The translations under genes and the position numbers were made by a program. Below the pieces are notes generated by a model. That model saw nothing but the letters and a program-made list of their open reading frames with translations, did no database searches and had not been told where the DNA came from. This document shows positions 18,990-29,528 of a stretch of DNA of 64,000 nucleotides, one piece after another. Source of the stretch: an uncultured Spirochaetota bacterium (GTDB lineage Bacteria; Spirochaetota; Spirochaetia; SZUA-6; Fen-1364); contig CAWGAA010000001.1 of NCBI GenBank assembly GCA_963820525.1, positions 928,001 through 992,000 on the forward strand, given 5' to 3'. Each line of letters opens with the position of its first letter. Within the stretch, counting starts at the first letter, position 1.

Positions 18990-19529
18990 TTGGACCCGTC
19001 AGACCACGAGTACACGCTTCTCGAAAGCATCTATCGCAGCGCTGATGTTGAGCCGGTCCGACAGAGGGCGCTCGCGAAGAGGGCCGGCATATCTCTGGGC
19101 ATGACCAACGTGATCATCAGAAAGCTGGCTCAGAAAGGCTGGGTAATTGCCAGAAGGATCAACAGCAGGAACATCCAGTATGCCGTCACCCCCGCGGGCA
19201 TAGAGGAAATCAGCAGGCGCAGCTTCACGTTTATCAAGAGGACCGTGCAGAACGTTGCCCATTACAAGGATGTCCTGGAGCGGTTCATCGTGGACGTTGA
19301 AGCCAAGAACTTTAATTCCCTGATTCTGGTGGGAAAAAGCGACTTCGACTTCATTCTCTCGTATCTTTGCGAGAAGCATAACTTGGAGTTTACCCAATCT
19401 GAAGCGGCTCCTTGCGACGCACGGGCCGTGCGTGTGTTTGCCGAGGATTATCCGCATTCTTCGCTCAACGGCAATGGAGCGGCAGGATCAGACGGGGTGT
19501 ATCTCCACGACATACTGATCGATCTCTGA
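18981..19529 (+). CDS. EPS-associated MarR-type winged-helix regulator (start TTG 18981 or 18990)
   Basis: QRALAKRAGISLGMTNVIIRKLAQKGW...YAVTPAGIEE; heads the polysaccharide locus. Confidence 0.88.
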   Translation: MNTLDPSDHEYTLLESIYRSADVEPVRQRALAKRAGISLGMTNVIIRKLAQKGWVIARRINSRNIQYAVTPAGIEEISRRSFTFIKRTVQNVAHYKDVLERFIVDVEAKNFNSLILVGKSDFDFILSYLCEKHNLEFTQSEAAPCDARAVRVFAEDYPHSSLNGNGAAGSDGVYLHDILIDL

Positions 19530-19551
19530 GCAGCCTGTTTCGGCGGCTGCT
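19529..19551 (+). terminator. Hairpin after the MarR gene (possible terminator or attenuator)
   Basis: AGCAGCC-9 nt-GGCTGCT; T-tail is weak. Confidence 0.35.
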
Positions 19552-19795
19552 TGGAGTCTTTTCAGGTCATACCGCATGATCGCTCCGACGGCTCGTCGTG
19601 CGGTAGAGATTTCTTTTGGCGGCGGGCCGGCAACAAGCCGTGTCCGCGGCCGTCTACTATCTCGCTGCTGGATGAAAGAGGGTACATTATCATGACGATG
19701 ACGAACGACATGAAAGCCGGGTTATTCCGGGGCAAATCGGTGGGGCGGTGGAACACACGTGACCCTGTGATGCCGAGGGACATCCGGGGAGCGCT

Positions 19796-21118
19796 ATGAG
19801 CACAATTGCAGTCATTGGCACCGGTTACGTCGGGCTGGTGAGCGGAGCCTGCCTGGCGGATTTCGGCAATCATGTCGTCTGCGTGGACATTGACCAGAAG
19901 AAGATCGAGCGCCTCAAGGCGGGAGAAATTCCCATCTTCGAGCCGGGGCTCGATGTCGTGGTTGCCAGAAACGCAAGCGCGGGACGTTTGAGCTTCACCA
20001 CGGATCTCGCTTCCGCGGTCACGACCAGCCAAGTGGTCTTCATTGCGGTGGGGACGCCGCCGGCGGATGACGGCAGCGCGGATCTCAAGCACGTGGAAGA
20101 AGCGGCGCGCGCCGTCGGACGGATCATGGACGGCTACCGGGTCATCGTGGACAAGAGCACGGTGCCCGTCGGCACGGGCCGCAGGGTTTCCGCCTGGGTC
20201 TCCCAGGAGCTTGAAAGACGGGGGGCTTCCCACGAGTTCGACGTAGTTTCGAACCCCGAGTTCCTCCGCGAAGGCTCCGCCGTACAGGACTTCACCCACC
20301 CTGACCGCGTCATCATCGGGTCCGATCAGCCAAGGGCCCGAGCGATCATGAAAGAGGTCTATCGCTCCCTCTTCCTGAACGAGACGCCGTACATAGAGAC
20401 GGGGCTCGAGACGGCGGAGATGATAAAGTACGCGTCCAACGCGTTCCTGAGCGTCAAGATCTCCTTCATCAACGAGGTGGCGAACCTCTGCGAGCGCGTG
20501 GGCGCGAACGTGCAGGATGTCGCGCGCGCGTTGGGTAAAGACGGGCGCATCGGTCCCAAGTACCTGCACTCGGGGCCCGGCTTCGGCGGTTCCTGCTTTC
20601 CCAAGGATACGCGGGCCATTGCGCGCACGGGACGCGATCACGGCGAGCCCTTGAGCATAATCGAGGCAACCATCCAGGCCAACGAGCGGCAGAAGGCGCG
20701 CATGGTGGCAAAGATCACGGACGGCATGGGAGGAGTGGCCGGAAAGACGCTGGCCGTGCTCGGCCTTTCATTCAAGCCGAACACGGACGACATGCGGGAA
20801 GCGCCTTCCATCACGATTTGCAAGGGACTGGCTGCCGGTGGAGCGCGCCTGCGGGTGTGGGACCCCGCGGGGATGAAGGAGGCGGTCTGGCGCCTTGAAT
20901 CCATCAAGAACAGGCTCACGTTCGCCTCCGACGAGTATGACGCGATCGCGGGGGCTGACGCCCTGGTGATCGTGACGGAGTGGAACCAGTTTCGAAACCT
21001 CGACCTGGACAGGGTGAAGTCCCTCCTGAAGTCTCCCGTCCTGTTCGACCTGCGCAACATCTACAGGCGGCATGAAGTGGAAGAAAAGGGATTCCGCTAT
21101 TTCGGGGTGGGGCAATAG
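19796..21118 (+). CDS. ugd: UDP-glucose 6-dehydrogenase
   Basis: IGTGYVGLV, VDKSTVPVGT, SNPEFLREG, GFGGSCFPKD, FKPNTDDMRE. Confidence 0.96.
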   Translation: MSTIAVIGTGYVGLVSGACLADFGNHVVCVDIDQKKIERLKAGEIPIFEPGLDVVVARNASAGRLSFTTDLASAVTTSQVVFIAVGTPPADDGSADLKHVEEAARAVGRIMDGYRVIVDKSTVPVGTGRRVSAWVSQELERRGASHEFDVVSNPEFLREGSAVQDFTHPDRVIIGSDQPRARAIMKEVYRSLFLNETPYIETGLETAEMIKYASNAFLSVKISFINEVANLCERVGANVQDVARALGKDGRIGPKYLHSGPGFGGSCFPKDTRAIARTGRDHGEPLSIIEATIQANERQKARMVAKITDGMGGVAGKTLAVLGLSFKPNTDDMREAPSITICKGLAAGGARLRVWDPAGMKEAVWRLESIKNRLTFASDEYDAIAGADALVIVTEWNQFRNLDLDRVKSLLKSPVLFDLRNIYRRHEVEEKGFRYFGVGQ

Positions 21119-21127
21119 GGGCGACCT

Positions 21128-21994
21128 ATGGGAAACATGATGGCGCAGCCGGGCGATGGGGAGTGGACGACAATCATCAGGCCCAAGTCGGGGCTGCTGG
21201 ATTTCAATCTCAAGGAATTGCTCCATTTCAAGTTCTTGATGTTTCTTTTTGTGCGACGCGATTTCGTATCGCAATACAAACAAACCCTTCTCGGACCGCT
21301 TTGGCTTGTGCTTCAACCCATTTTTACAACCGGAGTCTACAGCATCGTCTTTGGAGGTCTGGCCAAGATCCCGACCGACGGTGTGCCCCAACCGGTGTTC
21401 TACATGGCGGGGACAACTCTCTGGAACTACTTCTCAAGCTGTCTCCTGGGCACCTCGACGATCTTCACCTCGAATTCGGGTCTCTTTAGCAAGGTCTATT
21501 TCCCCCGCCTGGCAGTCCCCATTACCACCGTCGTAACCAAGCTCTACACCTTCGTCATCCAGCTCGCCCTTTTCCTCGTTATCTACGCGGTCTACGCCAT
21601 TCAGGGCGCTGTCATGCGGCCGAACCTGTACCTGCTCCTCCTGCCGGTCTTGGTCGTGCAAACTGCTCTCCTGGGCCTAGCAGTGGGCCTGTGGTCGAAC
21701 GCCCTCACGGTGAAGTACCGGGACCTCTCGCAGCTCATCGGTTTCGGCGTATCCCTGTGGATGTGGGCTACGCCAATCGTCTATCCCCTGTCCCTCGTAC
21801 CGGACAAATATCGCCCGCTGGTCTATTTCAACCCGATTGCACCGCTGGTAGAGCTGTTTCGATACTCTTTCACCGGGGCGGGGACTTTCGAGCCGCTGTC
21901 ATACCTGATGAGCATAGCGGTTACTGTGGTAGTGCTCTTCATAGGACTCGTGCTCTTCCATCGCGCCGAGCAGACCTTTGTCGACGTCGTCTGA
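21128..21994 (+). CDS. wzm: ABC-2 polysaccharide export permease
   Basis: RRDFVSQYKQTLLGPLW, KVYFPRL, KYRDL, TPIVYP. Confidence 0.93.
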   Translation: MGNMMAQPGDGEWTTIIRPKSGLLDFNLKELLHFKFLMFLFVRRDFVSQYKQTLLGPLWLVLQPIFTTGVYSIVFGGLAKIPTDGVPQPVFYMAGTTLWNYFSSCLLGTSTIFTSNSGLFSKVYFPRLAVPITTVVTKLYTFVIQLALFLVIYAVYAIQGAVMRPNLYLLLLPVLVVQTALLGLAVGLWSNALTVKYRDLSQLIGFGVSLWMWATPIVYPLSLVPDKYRPLVYFNPIAPLVELFRYSFTGAGTFEPLSYLMSIAVTVVVLFIGLVLFHRAEQTFVDVV

Positions 21995-23265
21995 TGAGTG
22001 AAACTGTAATCAAGGTCGAAAGCCTCGCCAAGAAATATCAGCTCGGCACCATCGGGTATGGCTCCCTTCGTCATGATATTCAGGCGTGGTTTGCCAGAAT
22101 CAGGAGAAAAGAGGATCCAAACACGAGGATCGGAGAGACAAGCCGTCTGGACCTCCATGGCGACTTCTGGGCTCTTCGTGATGTGAGCTTTTCCCTGGAG
22201 CGAGGAGACCGGCTCGGCATCATCGGCCGCAATGGCGCGGGGAAGTCGACGCTTTTGCGAATCCTTTCCCACATCACCAAACCGACGGCGGGTGCTGTGA
22301 AACTGAAGGGCCGCGTTGCCAGTCTCCTGGAAGTCGGGACGGGGTTCCATCCCGAGCTTACCGGGCGCGAGAACGTATTTCTGAACGGCGCCATCATGGG
22401 GATGAAACGCAGGGAGATCCAGCAAAAGTTCGATGAGATCGTGAACTTCTCGGGCGTGGAACAATTCATCGACACGCCGGTCAAACGCTACTCGAGCGGC
22501 ATGTATGTTAGGCTGGCCTTCGCCGTGGCGGCGCATCTGGAGCCGGACATTCTTATCGTAGATGAGGTACTTGCAGTGGGGGATTCCGAGTTCCAGAAAA
22601 AGTGCCTGGGAAAAATGGAAGACATCTCCACAAGCCAGGGAAGGACCGTTCTCTACGTGAGCCATAACATGAGCTCAATTCGTCAGCTCTGCCAGAAAGG
22701 CATGCTTCTCAGCAATGGAAATGCCGTCCTTTTCGACAAGGTTGAGCGCGTTGTGAGCAAATACCTGGAATCCCTCTTTGAAAAGCAAGAGCCCGTAGCT
22801 GAGAGGAAACGACCTTCCTGGCTGAGCCGAAAAGCCAGAATCGTGGGATTGGAGATTCGCGCGGGGGCCGTGCTGAATCCTGTCGACATAGACCCTGAGT
22901 CCCGGCTGGATATCGAGCTTCAGATCCGCACTTTCGAAAGGGTAGAGACGGGCGCTTGGGTGATCGTTCAAAACGAAAACAGCCAGGCGGTTTTGTTCTT
23001 TGACTCGGGCAGTCTCCAGAATACGATGTTCCGCCTCGAAGAGGGGACGGCGAAAATCAGGCTGACCGTCAACCGGACAAACCTGGTAAACGGCAACTAC
23101 AGCCTCAGTGTCGGCTTGGTGATTCCGAACCGGGAATGGATAGATCAGGTTTGGGAAGCGTACAGATTTTCCGTCACGCGATGCGATCCTTTTGGCTCCG
23201 GATTCAACCTCTCTCAAGCGTTCGCCGCCGTTCACACGGATCACTCGTGGGAGAAAGTTTTGTAA
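21994..23265 (+). CDS. wzt: Polysaccharide ABC ATPase with C-terminal Wzt_C domain
   Basis: GRNGAGKST, YSSGMYVRLAF, IVDEVLAVGD; about 160-aa C-terminal extension; ATG overlaps the wzm stop. Confidence 0.94.
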   Translation: MSETVIKVESLAKKYQLGTIGYGSLRHDIQAWFARIRRKEDPNTRIGETSRLDLHGDFWALRDVSFSLERGDRLGIIGRNGAGKSTLLRILSHITKPTAGAVKLKGRVASLLEVGTGFHPELTGRENVFLNGAIMGMKRREIQQKFDEIVNFSGVEQFIDTPVKRYSSGMYVRLAFAVAAHLEPDILIVDEVLAVGDSEFQKKCLGKMEDISTSQGRTVLYVSHNMSSIRQLCQKGMLLSNGNAVLFDKVERVVSKYLESLFEKQEPVAERKRPSWLSRKARIVGLEIRAGAVLNPVDIDPESRLDIELQIRTFERVETGAWVIVQNENSQAVLFFDSGSLQNTMFRLEEGTAKIRLTVNRTNLVNGNYSLSVGLVIPNREWIDQVWEAYRFSVTRCDPFGSGFNLSQAFAAVHTDHSWEKVL

Positions 23266-23378
23266 TCGCCTTCAATCAAAACGCGCATCCGGTCAGGAGC
23301 CCGTGTGAAAATCGGTGAATTGCAGAGGCAGCGGTACTTGAGAGCCGGGCCAAAATAGTCGGCAAGGAAGGTGAGTCT

Positions 23379-25430
23379 GTGGGCAAGCGAATATGCATCG
23401 CGTTTGTAAAGTACGTCGGTCTTGCAGCGGGAGGGACGGAACGCTGGCTTCAAATGATCGCTGCCAATTTGCCACGAGACGAATTTGAACTTGATTATTA
23501 TTACTGCGATGCCGCCGCGCCCTTCACGAATAGTCCAAGTCACGCAAATAGTCCAGAAAGAAAAACGTTTTTAGAATCACACAATGTATCTCTGGTTAAG
23601 TTTGAAGTCCAATCCATTGACACTAGCAAGCCGACAAGGGACTGGCAGAACACAAATTTCTGGGACGCTTTTGACCCGAAGGCCTATGATATCATTCAGA
23701 CTGCAAAAGCAGGGCCGGCAGAATACCCGTACTATTTGATTGACAAACCCGTATGCGAATGCGTCACATTGTTGGCAGGCGTGGATCGAAGCCCAAATAT
23801 CGCTTGGTCCATGCATCTGTCGGAATGGCAAAGATCCCGCTGGGTTCGGGACGGCGGATGTCTGAAAAGAAGTAGCATAATCCCAATCCCTGCAGAACTT
23901 CCATGCGCCAAAGAAAACCTTAGGAAAAAATTTGGGATTTCAGAGGACGCGGTTGTCGCAGGGTTTCATCAACGTAATGACGACTTTATTTTCAGCCCTA
24001 TTCCGCTTGCCGCGTTTTCAGAGGTCGCTTCCGCAGAGCGGCACTTCATGATAATGGGAGGGAGCTCACTGTACAGGCTCCAAGCCCAAGAGCTTGGCCT
24101 GAGAAACGTTCATTTTCTGGAGCATAATGCAGATCAAGCGCAATTGTCCATTTTTTTGAATAGCCTCGACATCTTTGCACATGGTAGAGCAGACGGAGAG
24201 ACCTTTGGCACGGTATTTGCCGAGGCAATGATGCATTCCGTCCCCTGCCTTTCGCATGAATCCCCAGTGGCAAATGCTCAGTACGAAACAATGGGGCCTG
24301 GCGGGTTGTTTGCGCACGACGCGAAAGAATATGCGTCAATGCTCGGCCGACTCTTTGAAAGCAAAGCGATGAGAACGGATCTGGGGGGACGGGGGCGGGA
24401 GCACGCGCTGAAGTATTACACCCTCGAAAAAATCATCCCCGACATATGTGATACCTACAAGACTGTGTTGGGCAGTGGAGTCTTGCGCAGCGCCCAAGTC
24501 ACCTATGGATATTCCGAAATGGGGTTCCTGCACGCGGGAAAGGCGGCTGAGTATCCCTACGACCATGTGATTTTGGGAGGCGTACCCGAGTCGTTCGACG
24601 TGCAGATCGTGAAGAGATGCCTGGGAGGGATCAGGACATTTTGGGACATCGGGGCGAACACCGGCATCTACTGCTTTGTCGCGGCCACGGAGACCGATTC
24701 GGACGCTCGGATTGTCGCCTTTGAGCCGCAGCCGGAATGCTGTGCTCAGCTTCGCGAGACGATTCGACTGAACAGATGGGAAAAAAAGGTGGAGGTGTGC
24801 GCAATCGGGCTGGGCGAACACCCGGCCACGATGGATCTCTATCTGAGCGGCACAGGGAGCACGCTGCGCAACGAGTTCAACGACAATCACGAGTCTCCCC
24901 GAATACCGGTGCGCGTTGATACGGTTGATCAATGCAGGCAGAAGCTGGGAGTCGAGAAAATCGATTTCATGAAAATAGATGTGGAAGGATTCGAGCTGGA
25001 CGTGCTGAAGGGCGGCGAGAAAAGCATTGAAAGCGATAAACCCATCCTTTTCATAGAAATCGCGGATATGATCAAGGGTCGGTCTTTCCGGAACATTCTC
25101 TACCCGCAGACCCTTCATTGGCTCTGGAAGAGGGGATACGTGCTCTTTCGCAGCGACGGAAGAGCGAGGATTTCGCGGGTAAGGAAGGCGACCGGCCAAA
25201 CGGATCCGTCCATGTACCTCTGCCTGCACCCGGACCGTCATCTGGGTCTCATCCGCGCATTCTCACGGCTTGTCGTGGTCTCGCATGCACGGCACGTGGC
25301 TGCAAGAACAGGGGCTCTGCTCCGGATTGATTATCTCATCGGAGGCTTCAAGGGCGCTCTTGGCGGCGCCATACCGTTTTCCAGAACCTTGAGAAGAATA
25401 GCAAAGAGAATTGCCCGTGCAAAAGGCTGA
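23379..25430 (+). CDS. Fusion of a GT4-like glycosyltransferase and an FkbM-family methyltransferase
   Basis: AGGTERW and GETFGTVFAEAM (GT-B), then WDIGANTG, FEPQP and MKIDVEGFE (FkbM). Confidence 0.88.
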   Translation: MGKRICIAFVKYVGLAAGGTERWLQMIAANLPRDEFELDYYYCDAAAPFTNSPSHANSPERKTFLESHNVSLVKFEVQSIDTSKPTRDWQNTNFWDAFDPKAYDIIQTAKAGPAEYPYYLIDKPVCECVTLLAGVDRSPNIAWSMHLSEWQRSRWVRDGGCLKRSSIIPIPAELPCAKENLRKKFGISEDAVVAGFHQRNDDFIFSPIPLAAFSEVASAERHFMIMGGSSLYRLQAQELGLRNVHFLEHNADQAQLSIFLNSLDIFAHGRADGETFGTVFAEAMMHSVPCLSHESPVANAQYETMGPGGLFAHDAKEYASMLGRLFESKAMRTDLGGRGREHALKYYTLEKIIPDICDTYKTVLGSGVLRSAQVTYGYSEMGFLHAGKAAEYPYDHVILGGVPESFDVQIVKRCLGGIRTFWDIGANTGIYCFVAATETDSDARIVAFEPQPECCAQLRETIRLNRWEKKVEVCAIGLGEHPATMDLYLSGTGSTLRNEFNDNHESPRIPVRVDTVDQCRQKLGVEKIDFMKIDVEGFELDVLKGGEKSIESDKPILFIEIADMIKGRSFRNILYPQTLHWLWKRGYVLFRSDGRARISRVRKATGQTDPSMYLCLHPDRHLGLIRAFSRLVVVSHARHVAARTGALLRIDYLIGGFKGALGGAIPFSRTLRRIAKRIARAKG

Positions 25431-26502
25431 AACAAGGACATCGCACGTGGAACCTCTAGCGGCGCTGCAGCGGAATAGTCCGGTCGTTCCAATCGTGACA
25501 TCCATCGACCACGACTTTGTGCCCATTTTCAGCGTCCTTCTGGCATCCTTGATCGACAGCTCGCGCTCCGGATACTTCTACGACATCGTCATCCTGACCG
25601 AAAGAGTGAGCAAGGGAGAAATCAGGATTCTTTCGGAGCAGCTGCGAAATGCGCGGAACTTCGCGCTTCGCGCTGTTGAAATGGATAGTTTCGAAGTACC
25701 AAACCTGGACAAGACCGCTTTCAAAAGGCCCGCCTTCTTTCGGTTGGTCCTGCCTGAATTGCTGATCAACTATCCGAAAGTGCTGTATCTGGACGCGGAC
25801 ATGGTCGTCGTGGACGACCTTGCCGGCCTTTTTCAGACCGACGTAGAGAATGTCTACGCCGCGGTAGTTCGCGATGAAGTCCAGCGCGCCTACGCTGAGA
25901 ATGGCGTCGAGGAAGACTATCTCTATGGACATCGCACCATCCGCGCCTATTGGACTCGGCATCTGGGGTTGAACGAAAAGTCCCAAGACACATATTTCAA
26001 TTCAGGGCTGATGATTCTGAACCTGGAAAAAATCAGAAAGGATGGGATACCAAGCGCGATTCCAGGCATTCTGCGCGCGAGGCCTTACGTTTTTGCTGAC
26101 CAGGATATCCTCAACCTGGCGTTTGCCGGTAATGTGGCGCTTCTCGACCAGAGATGGAACCTCTTCCACGTGCTCAACCCAAAGCTCACCTATAGAAAAG
26201 AAATGCTCGAAGCACGCGATAGGGCCCTGATGTGCCCCGGGATCATCCACTATGCATGGAAAAAACCCTGGAACGAACCGCTGCAGCCAATGACCGAGTA
26301 CTTTTGGCTCTATGCCCGAAAGTCGGCGTATTACGAGCAGTTGATCGCCCGCTCCGGGCTGTTCAATCCGAGTCAGCCCCAGGCAAGAAACCGTTCTCTC
26401 GGAAGGCTCGCGCGAAAGATGCTTGCACACATAGGCCGCAGATTTTTCCCCGGGCTTATGGAGAAGCTGAAAGCCGCTTTGCGATCGCGAACGGCGGAAT
26501 GA
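25411..26502 (+). CDS. GT8 glycosyltransferase
   Basis: KVLYLDADMVV, YFNSGLMILNL, DQDILN, IIHYAWKKPW. Confidence 0.9.
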   Translation: MPVQKAETRTSHVEPLAALQRNSPVVPIVTSIDHDFVPIFSVLLASLIDSSRSGYFYDIVILTERVSKGEIRILSEQLRNARNFALRAVEMDSFEVPNLDKTAFKRPAFFRLVLPELLINYPKVLYLDADMVVVDDLAGLFQTDVENVYAAVVRDEVQRAYAENGVEEDYLYGHRTIRAYWTRHLGLNEKSQDTYFNSGLMILNLEKIRKDGIPSAIPGILRARPYVFADQDILNLAFAGNVALLDQRWNLFHVLNPKLTYRKEMLEARDRALMCPGIIHYAWKKPWNEPLQPMTEYFWLYARKSAYYEQLIARSGLFNPSQPQARNRSLGRLARKMLAHIGRRFFPGLMEKLKAALRSRTAE

Positions 26503-26514
26503 ACCAGGGAACGT

Positions 26515-27678
26515 GTGAGCATGTCAAGCATCATCGCCGTTGAATGCTCGGTTTTCAGCTATCCTCATGGAGGGCTCGCTTCATTCTACCGCCCCCTGCT
26601 TCAGGAATTGTTCGAAAGGCTCCGCGAGCACCAATTCATCCTGGTGGCAACCCAAGATTCGGATCTGGGCTTTTCCAATGGCCTCCCAAACGTAAGAAAG
26701 ATCGACCTTCCTCCCCTCAAGGCTCTGTTCATGAGTCGCGGAAGTCGACTTCGCCGCATGGCGATCGACCTGCCGTCGATCCTGCTTCGGCAGAAAGCGG
26801 ATGTCCTCATAAGTCCCTACTATCTATTCATGATCCCCCCATGGATGCGCGGAAGAGCCTGCATCGGCATACACGACACGTGCTTCTGGGATGTGCCTGA
26901 TTTCTACTCGCATGAGGAGAGGCATCTGCATGACCGCGTATTGCGGTGGAATTTGACCTGGAAGCCGAAGGTGATCACGGTTTCCCAGACAAGCCGGCAG
27001 AGAATCCTGAAACACTTTCCACATCTCGATGGCGGTGACATCGAGATCGTGCACAATTCCTGGAGCCGACCCATCGCGAAGGCGCCGGCGCCGAACGCCG
27101 GCTCAAGACTGGAGAGGCTGCTTCGAAACGCCCCCGACAAGCTTCTTTTGCACAGCAGCGGGTGGGGGCCCGTGAAAAACAACCAACGTTTGCTTGAGGC
27201 ATTCGCCTTGGCTTTCGGGGGGAGGGATGACGTCGGGCTCCTGATGACGGGAAATGCCCGCTACGTTGATGCCGCATGGAAGCTGATGGATTGCCTTGAC
27301 ATTTCGGACAAGGTGATCCTGACGGGGGTCATCTCCGACCAAGAGATGGACTGGCTCTTGCGGGAGCGTTGCTGCGGCGCCGTGTCCGTGTCGCAATACG
27401 AAGGGTTCGGCCGATCGTGCGTGGAAGCGCGCCGCGCCGGCCTTCCGCTTGTCTGTTCGGACATTCCGACCAACCATGAAGTCGTGGGCGACTACCCTTT
27501 CTACTGCAATGCGGCCGATGTCAAGGAGATCGCGGAGGCGATGGTGAAGCTGACGAACGCGCAGCGCCTGGAACCCGTCATGGATGAACGCTTCGCCTTC
27601 GAGGCCAACTATGCCAGGTACGAATCGATTGTACGCGGTCTCATTACCGGCCGGGAAGGCAACAAAGGAAACGCCTGA
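26515..27678 (+). CDS. GT4 glycosyltransferase
   Basis: IHD, ITVS, SQYEGFGRSCVEA, SDIP. Confidence 0.85.
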   Translation: MSMSSIIAVECSVFSYPHGGLASFYRPLLQELFERLREHQFILVATQDSDLGFSNGLPNVRKIDLPPLKALFMSRGSRLRRMAIDLPSILLRQKADVLISPYYLFMIPPWMRGRACIGIHDTCFWDVPDFYSHEERHLHDRVLRWNLTWKPKVITVSQTSRQRILKHFPHLDGGDIEIVHNSWSRPIAKAPAPNAGSRLERLLRNAPDKLLLHSSGWGPVKNNQRLLEAFALAFGGRDDVGLLMTGNARYVDAAWKLMDCLDISDKVILTGVISDQEMDWLLRERCCGAVSVSQYEGFGRSCVEARRAGLPLVCSDIPTNHEVVGDYPFYCNAADVKEIAEAMVKLTNAQRLEPVMDERFAFEANYARYESIVRGLITGREGNKGNA

Positions 27679-27679
27679 G

Positions 27680-28603
27680 ATGCGCCGCATCGCCCTCATC
27701 AATGGATTTCACAACGAATACACCACGGCAGGCTACTTCCGGGATGCAATAGAGAAAAGCGGGATGCAATGCTCAGTATTCAAGCCGGAAAATCAAAAAG
27801 CCATAGGCAGGGACGCGGGAGCGAGGCTTTTCATCGATGATGGAACGCACTACGTGATACGCCCTGATTCCCGCTGCCTGAAAATCCTGTACATCATCGA
27901 CACCCACATGGATTTCGAGCTTGACACGTTCCTCATCCGGTTCGCAGACCATGTTTTCTGCGCGCAGCGTAACGCGGTGGAGAAGATCGCCCCATATTGT
28001 CCGAATGTGACGTGGCTTCCTCTTGCGTGCGACCCGGCCTATCATTATTGCAGCAGGCCGTCCAACGCAGTTGATCTCAGCTTTATCGGCGGCATCAACG
28101 ATGGAAAGCGGGAGAAATACCTCGGAATTCTCAAGGAACGATACGGTCCCCGCACCTTTGTGGGACTAGCGCCCAAGTCCGAAATTGGAAAAATATATTC
28201 CGGTTCGAAAATAGTCTTTAACGTATCCATCAACAATGATATAAACATGCGGTTCTTCGAGGCTCTCTGCAGCGGCGCCTTGTTGGTGACGGAAAGAATC
28301 TCGGCCAATGGGATGGAGCAGCTGTTGGGGGGGCACAAGGAGCCGGTGTGCGTCTTCTACGAAAGCATCGAGGAGGCAATCGTGCTCATCGATTACTATT
28401 TGAATCACGAGCAGGAGCGCGCGGCGATCGCAGAAAGAGGAAGACGATTCTCACTCGATCATACCTACTCCCATAGATTGAGAAAAATCCTTGAAACGGC
28501 CGAAAACTCGGAGATTCGGCGGCATCCGCCCCTTGCATATTCGCGGGCTCAAAGACAATTGGCGCTCGCGCAGCAGCGGAAGAATGAATCCGGAGGGCGC
28601 TGA
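27680..28603 (+). CDS. CgeB-like GT-B glycosyltransferase (Glyco_trans_1_2)
   Basis: WLPLACDP, SKIVFN, DINMRFFEALCSGALL, HTYSHR. Confidence 0.82.
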   Translation: MRRIALINGFHNEYTTAGYFRDAIEKSGMQCSVFKPENQKAIGRDAGARLFIDDGTHYVIRPDSRCLKILYIIDTHMDFELDTFLIRFADHVFCAQRNAVEKIAPYCPNVTWLPLACDPAYHYCSRPSNAVDLSFIGGINDGKREKYLGILKERYGPRTFVGLAPKSEIGKIYSGSKIVFNVSINNDINMRFFEALCSGALLVTERISANGMEQLLGGHKEPVCVFYESIEEAIVLIDYYLNHEQERAAIAERGRRFSLDHTYSHRLRKILETAENSEIRRHPPLAYSRAQRQLALAQQRKNESGGR

Positions 28604-29521
28604 TTGAGCGGAAGGGTTCGACAACTGGTTTTTCAGGCCCGCAGCGTGTTCAGGGCCGACAATATCAGATCGTTTTTCACCATGAAACGGCTGCCGCCGG
28701 CACGACCTGCACCCACGCAGAGCTTCCCCGGAATGGGGGATATGATCCCAGGACTGGTCAGCATCATCATACCCACAATGAAGAGATCGAAGTTCGAAAG
28801 CTTCGACAGAATGAGCACCCCTCTGCGCACGCTCCGCGACCTTCTGGGGGACATACACTCAAACGTCACGATGCCGTTTGAAGTCATCGTCGTGTGCAAT
28901 GAGACATCCAGTCGTGCGTTCCGCAGATTCATCATGACGAGCAAGCACATACACCGGCACTGCATGAACAGCGAAAATGTCGGCGTTCCCCGCTCATGGA
29001 ATATCGGAGCCCAATTGTCAAAGGGCGAATTGCTGCTGTTTGTGAACGACGATGTCGAGATAGGCGCGGACGCCGTAGAGGCTCTTGCCAGGGAAATCGC
29101 GCGCGATCCCGGGGTTGGCATGGTTGGGCCTGCCGGAACGAAATGGGATGCCAGCGGGCCGGGCGATTATGTCGGAATCACCGCGAGCGAGGAAGCGGAT
29201 GCGATCTCGGGCTGGTGCTTCATGACAACCCGTCACGCGTTCCTTTCTGTCGGCGGATTCGATGTTTCGTACACTCCCGCGCTCATGGAAGAAATCGACT
29301 ACAGCTTCGCGGTACGTGAAAAGGGGTTTGTCTGCCGCGTGCTACCCGGGCTCAATCTCACGCATCACCATGTGTCGGGGGCAAGTAGCACAAACCTTCC
29401 CATCGCCGCCATGGGTATCTCGCTTCTGCGCGAGGATCTTACATCGCGCAATAGAAAGTATTTCAAGAAGAAGTGGAGGAATCTCCGGCCGGATGTCAAA
29501 CCTCCGCATCCTGCAGAATGA
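28604..29521 (+). CDS. GT2 glycosyltransferase
   Basis: VSIIIPT, NVGVPRSWNIG, FVNDDV, GGFD...EEIDYSF; start uncertain. Confidence 0.82.
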   Translation: MSGRVRQLVFQARSVFRADNIRSFFTMKRLPPARPAPTQSFPGMGDMIPGLVSIIIPTMKRSKFESFDRMSTPLRTLRDLLGDIHSNVTMPFEVIVVCNETSSRAFRRFIMTSKHIHRHCMNSENVGVPRSWNIGAQLSKGELLLFVNDDVEIGADAVEALAREIARDPGVGMVGPAGTKWDASGPGDYVGITASEEADAISGWCFMTTRHAFLSVGGFDVSYTPALMEEIDYSFAVREKGFVCRVLPGLNLTHHHVSGASSTNLPIAAMGISLLREDLTSRNRKYFKKKWRNLRPDVKPPHPAE

Positions 29522-29528
29522 GGCAAGC

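Noticed and set aside
19598..19610. GCGGTAG resembling an ops/JUMPStart element upstream of ugd
   Set aside because: Only a partial match to GGCGGTAG, no JUMPStart context and no NusG paralogue in the window
19725..19790. GGGCAAA start resembling a c-di-GMP-I riboswitch
   Set aside because: It lacks the GAAA tetraloop stem and the GACGCAAA junction
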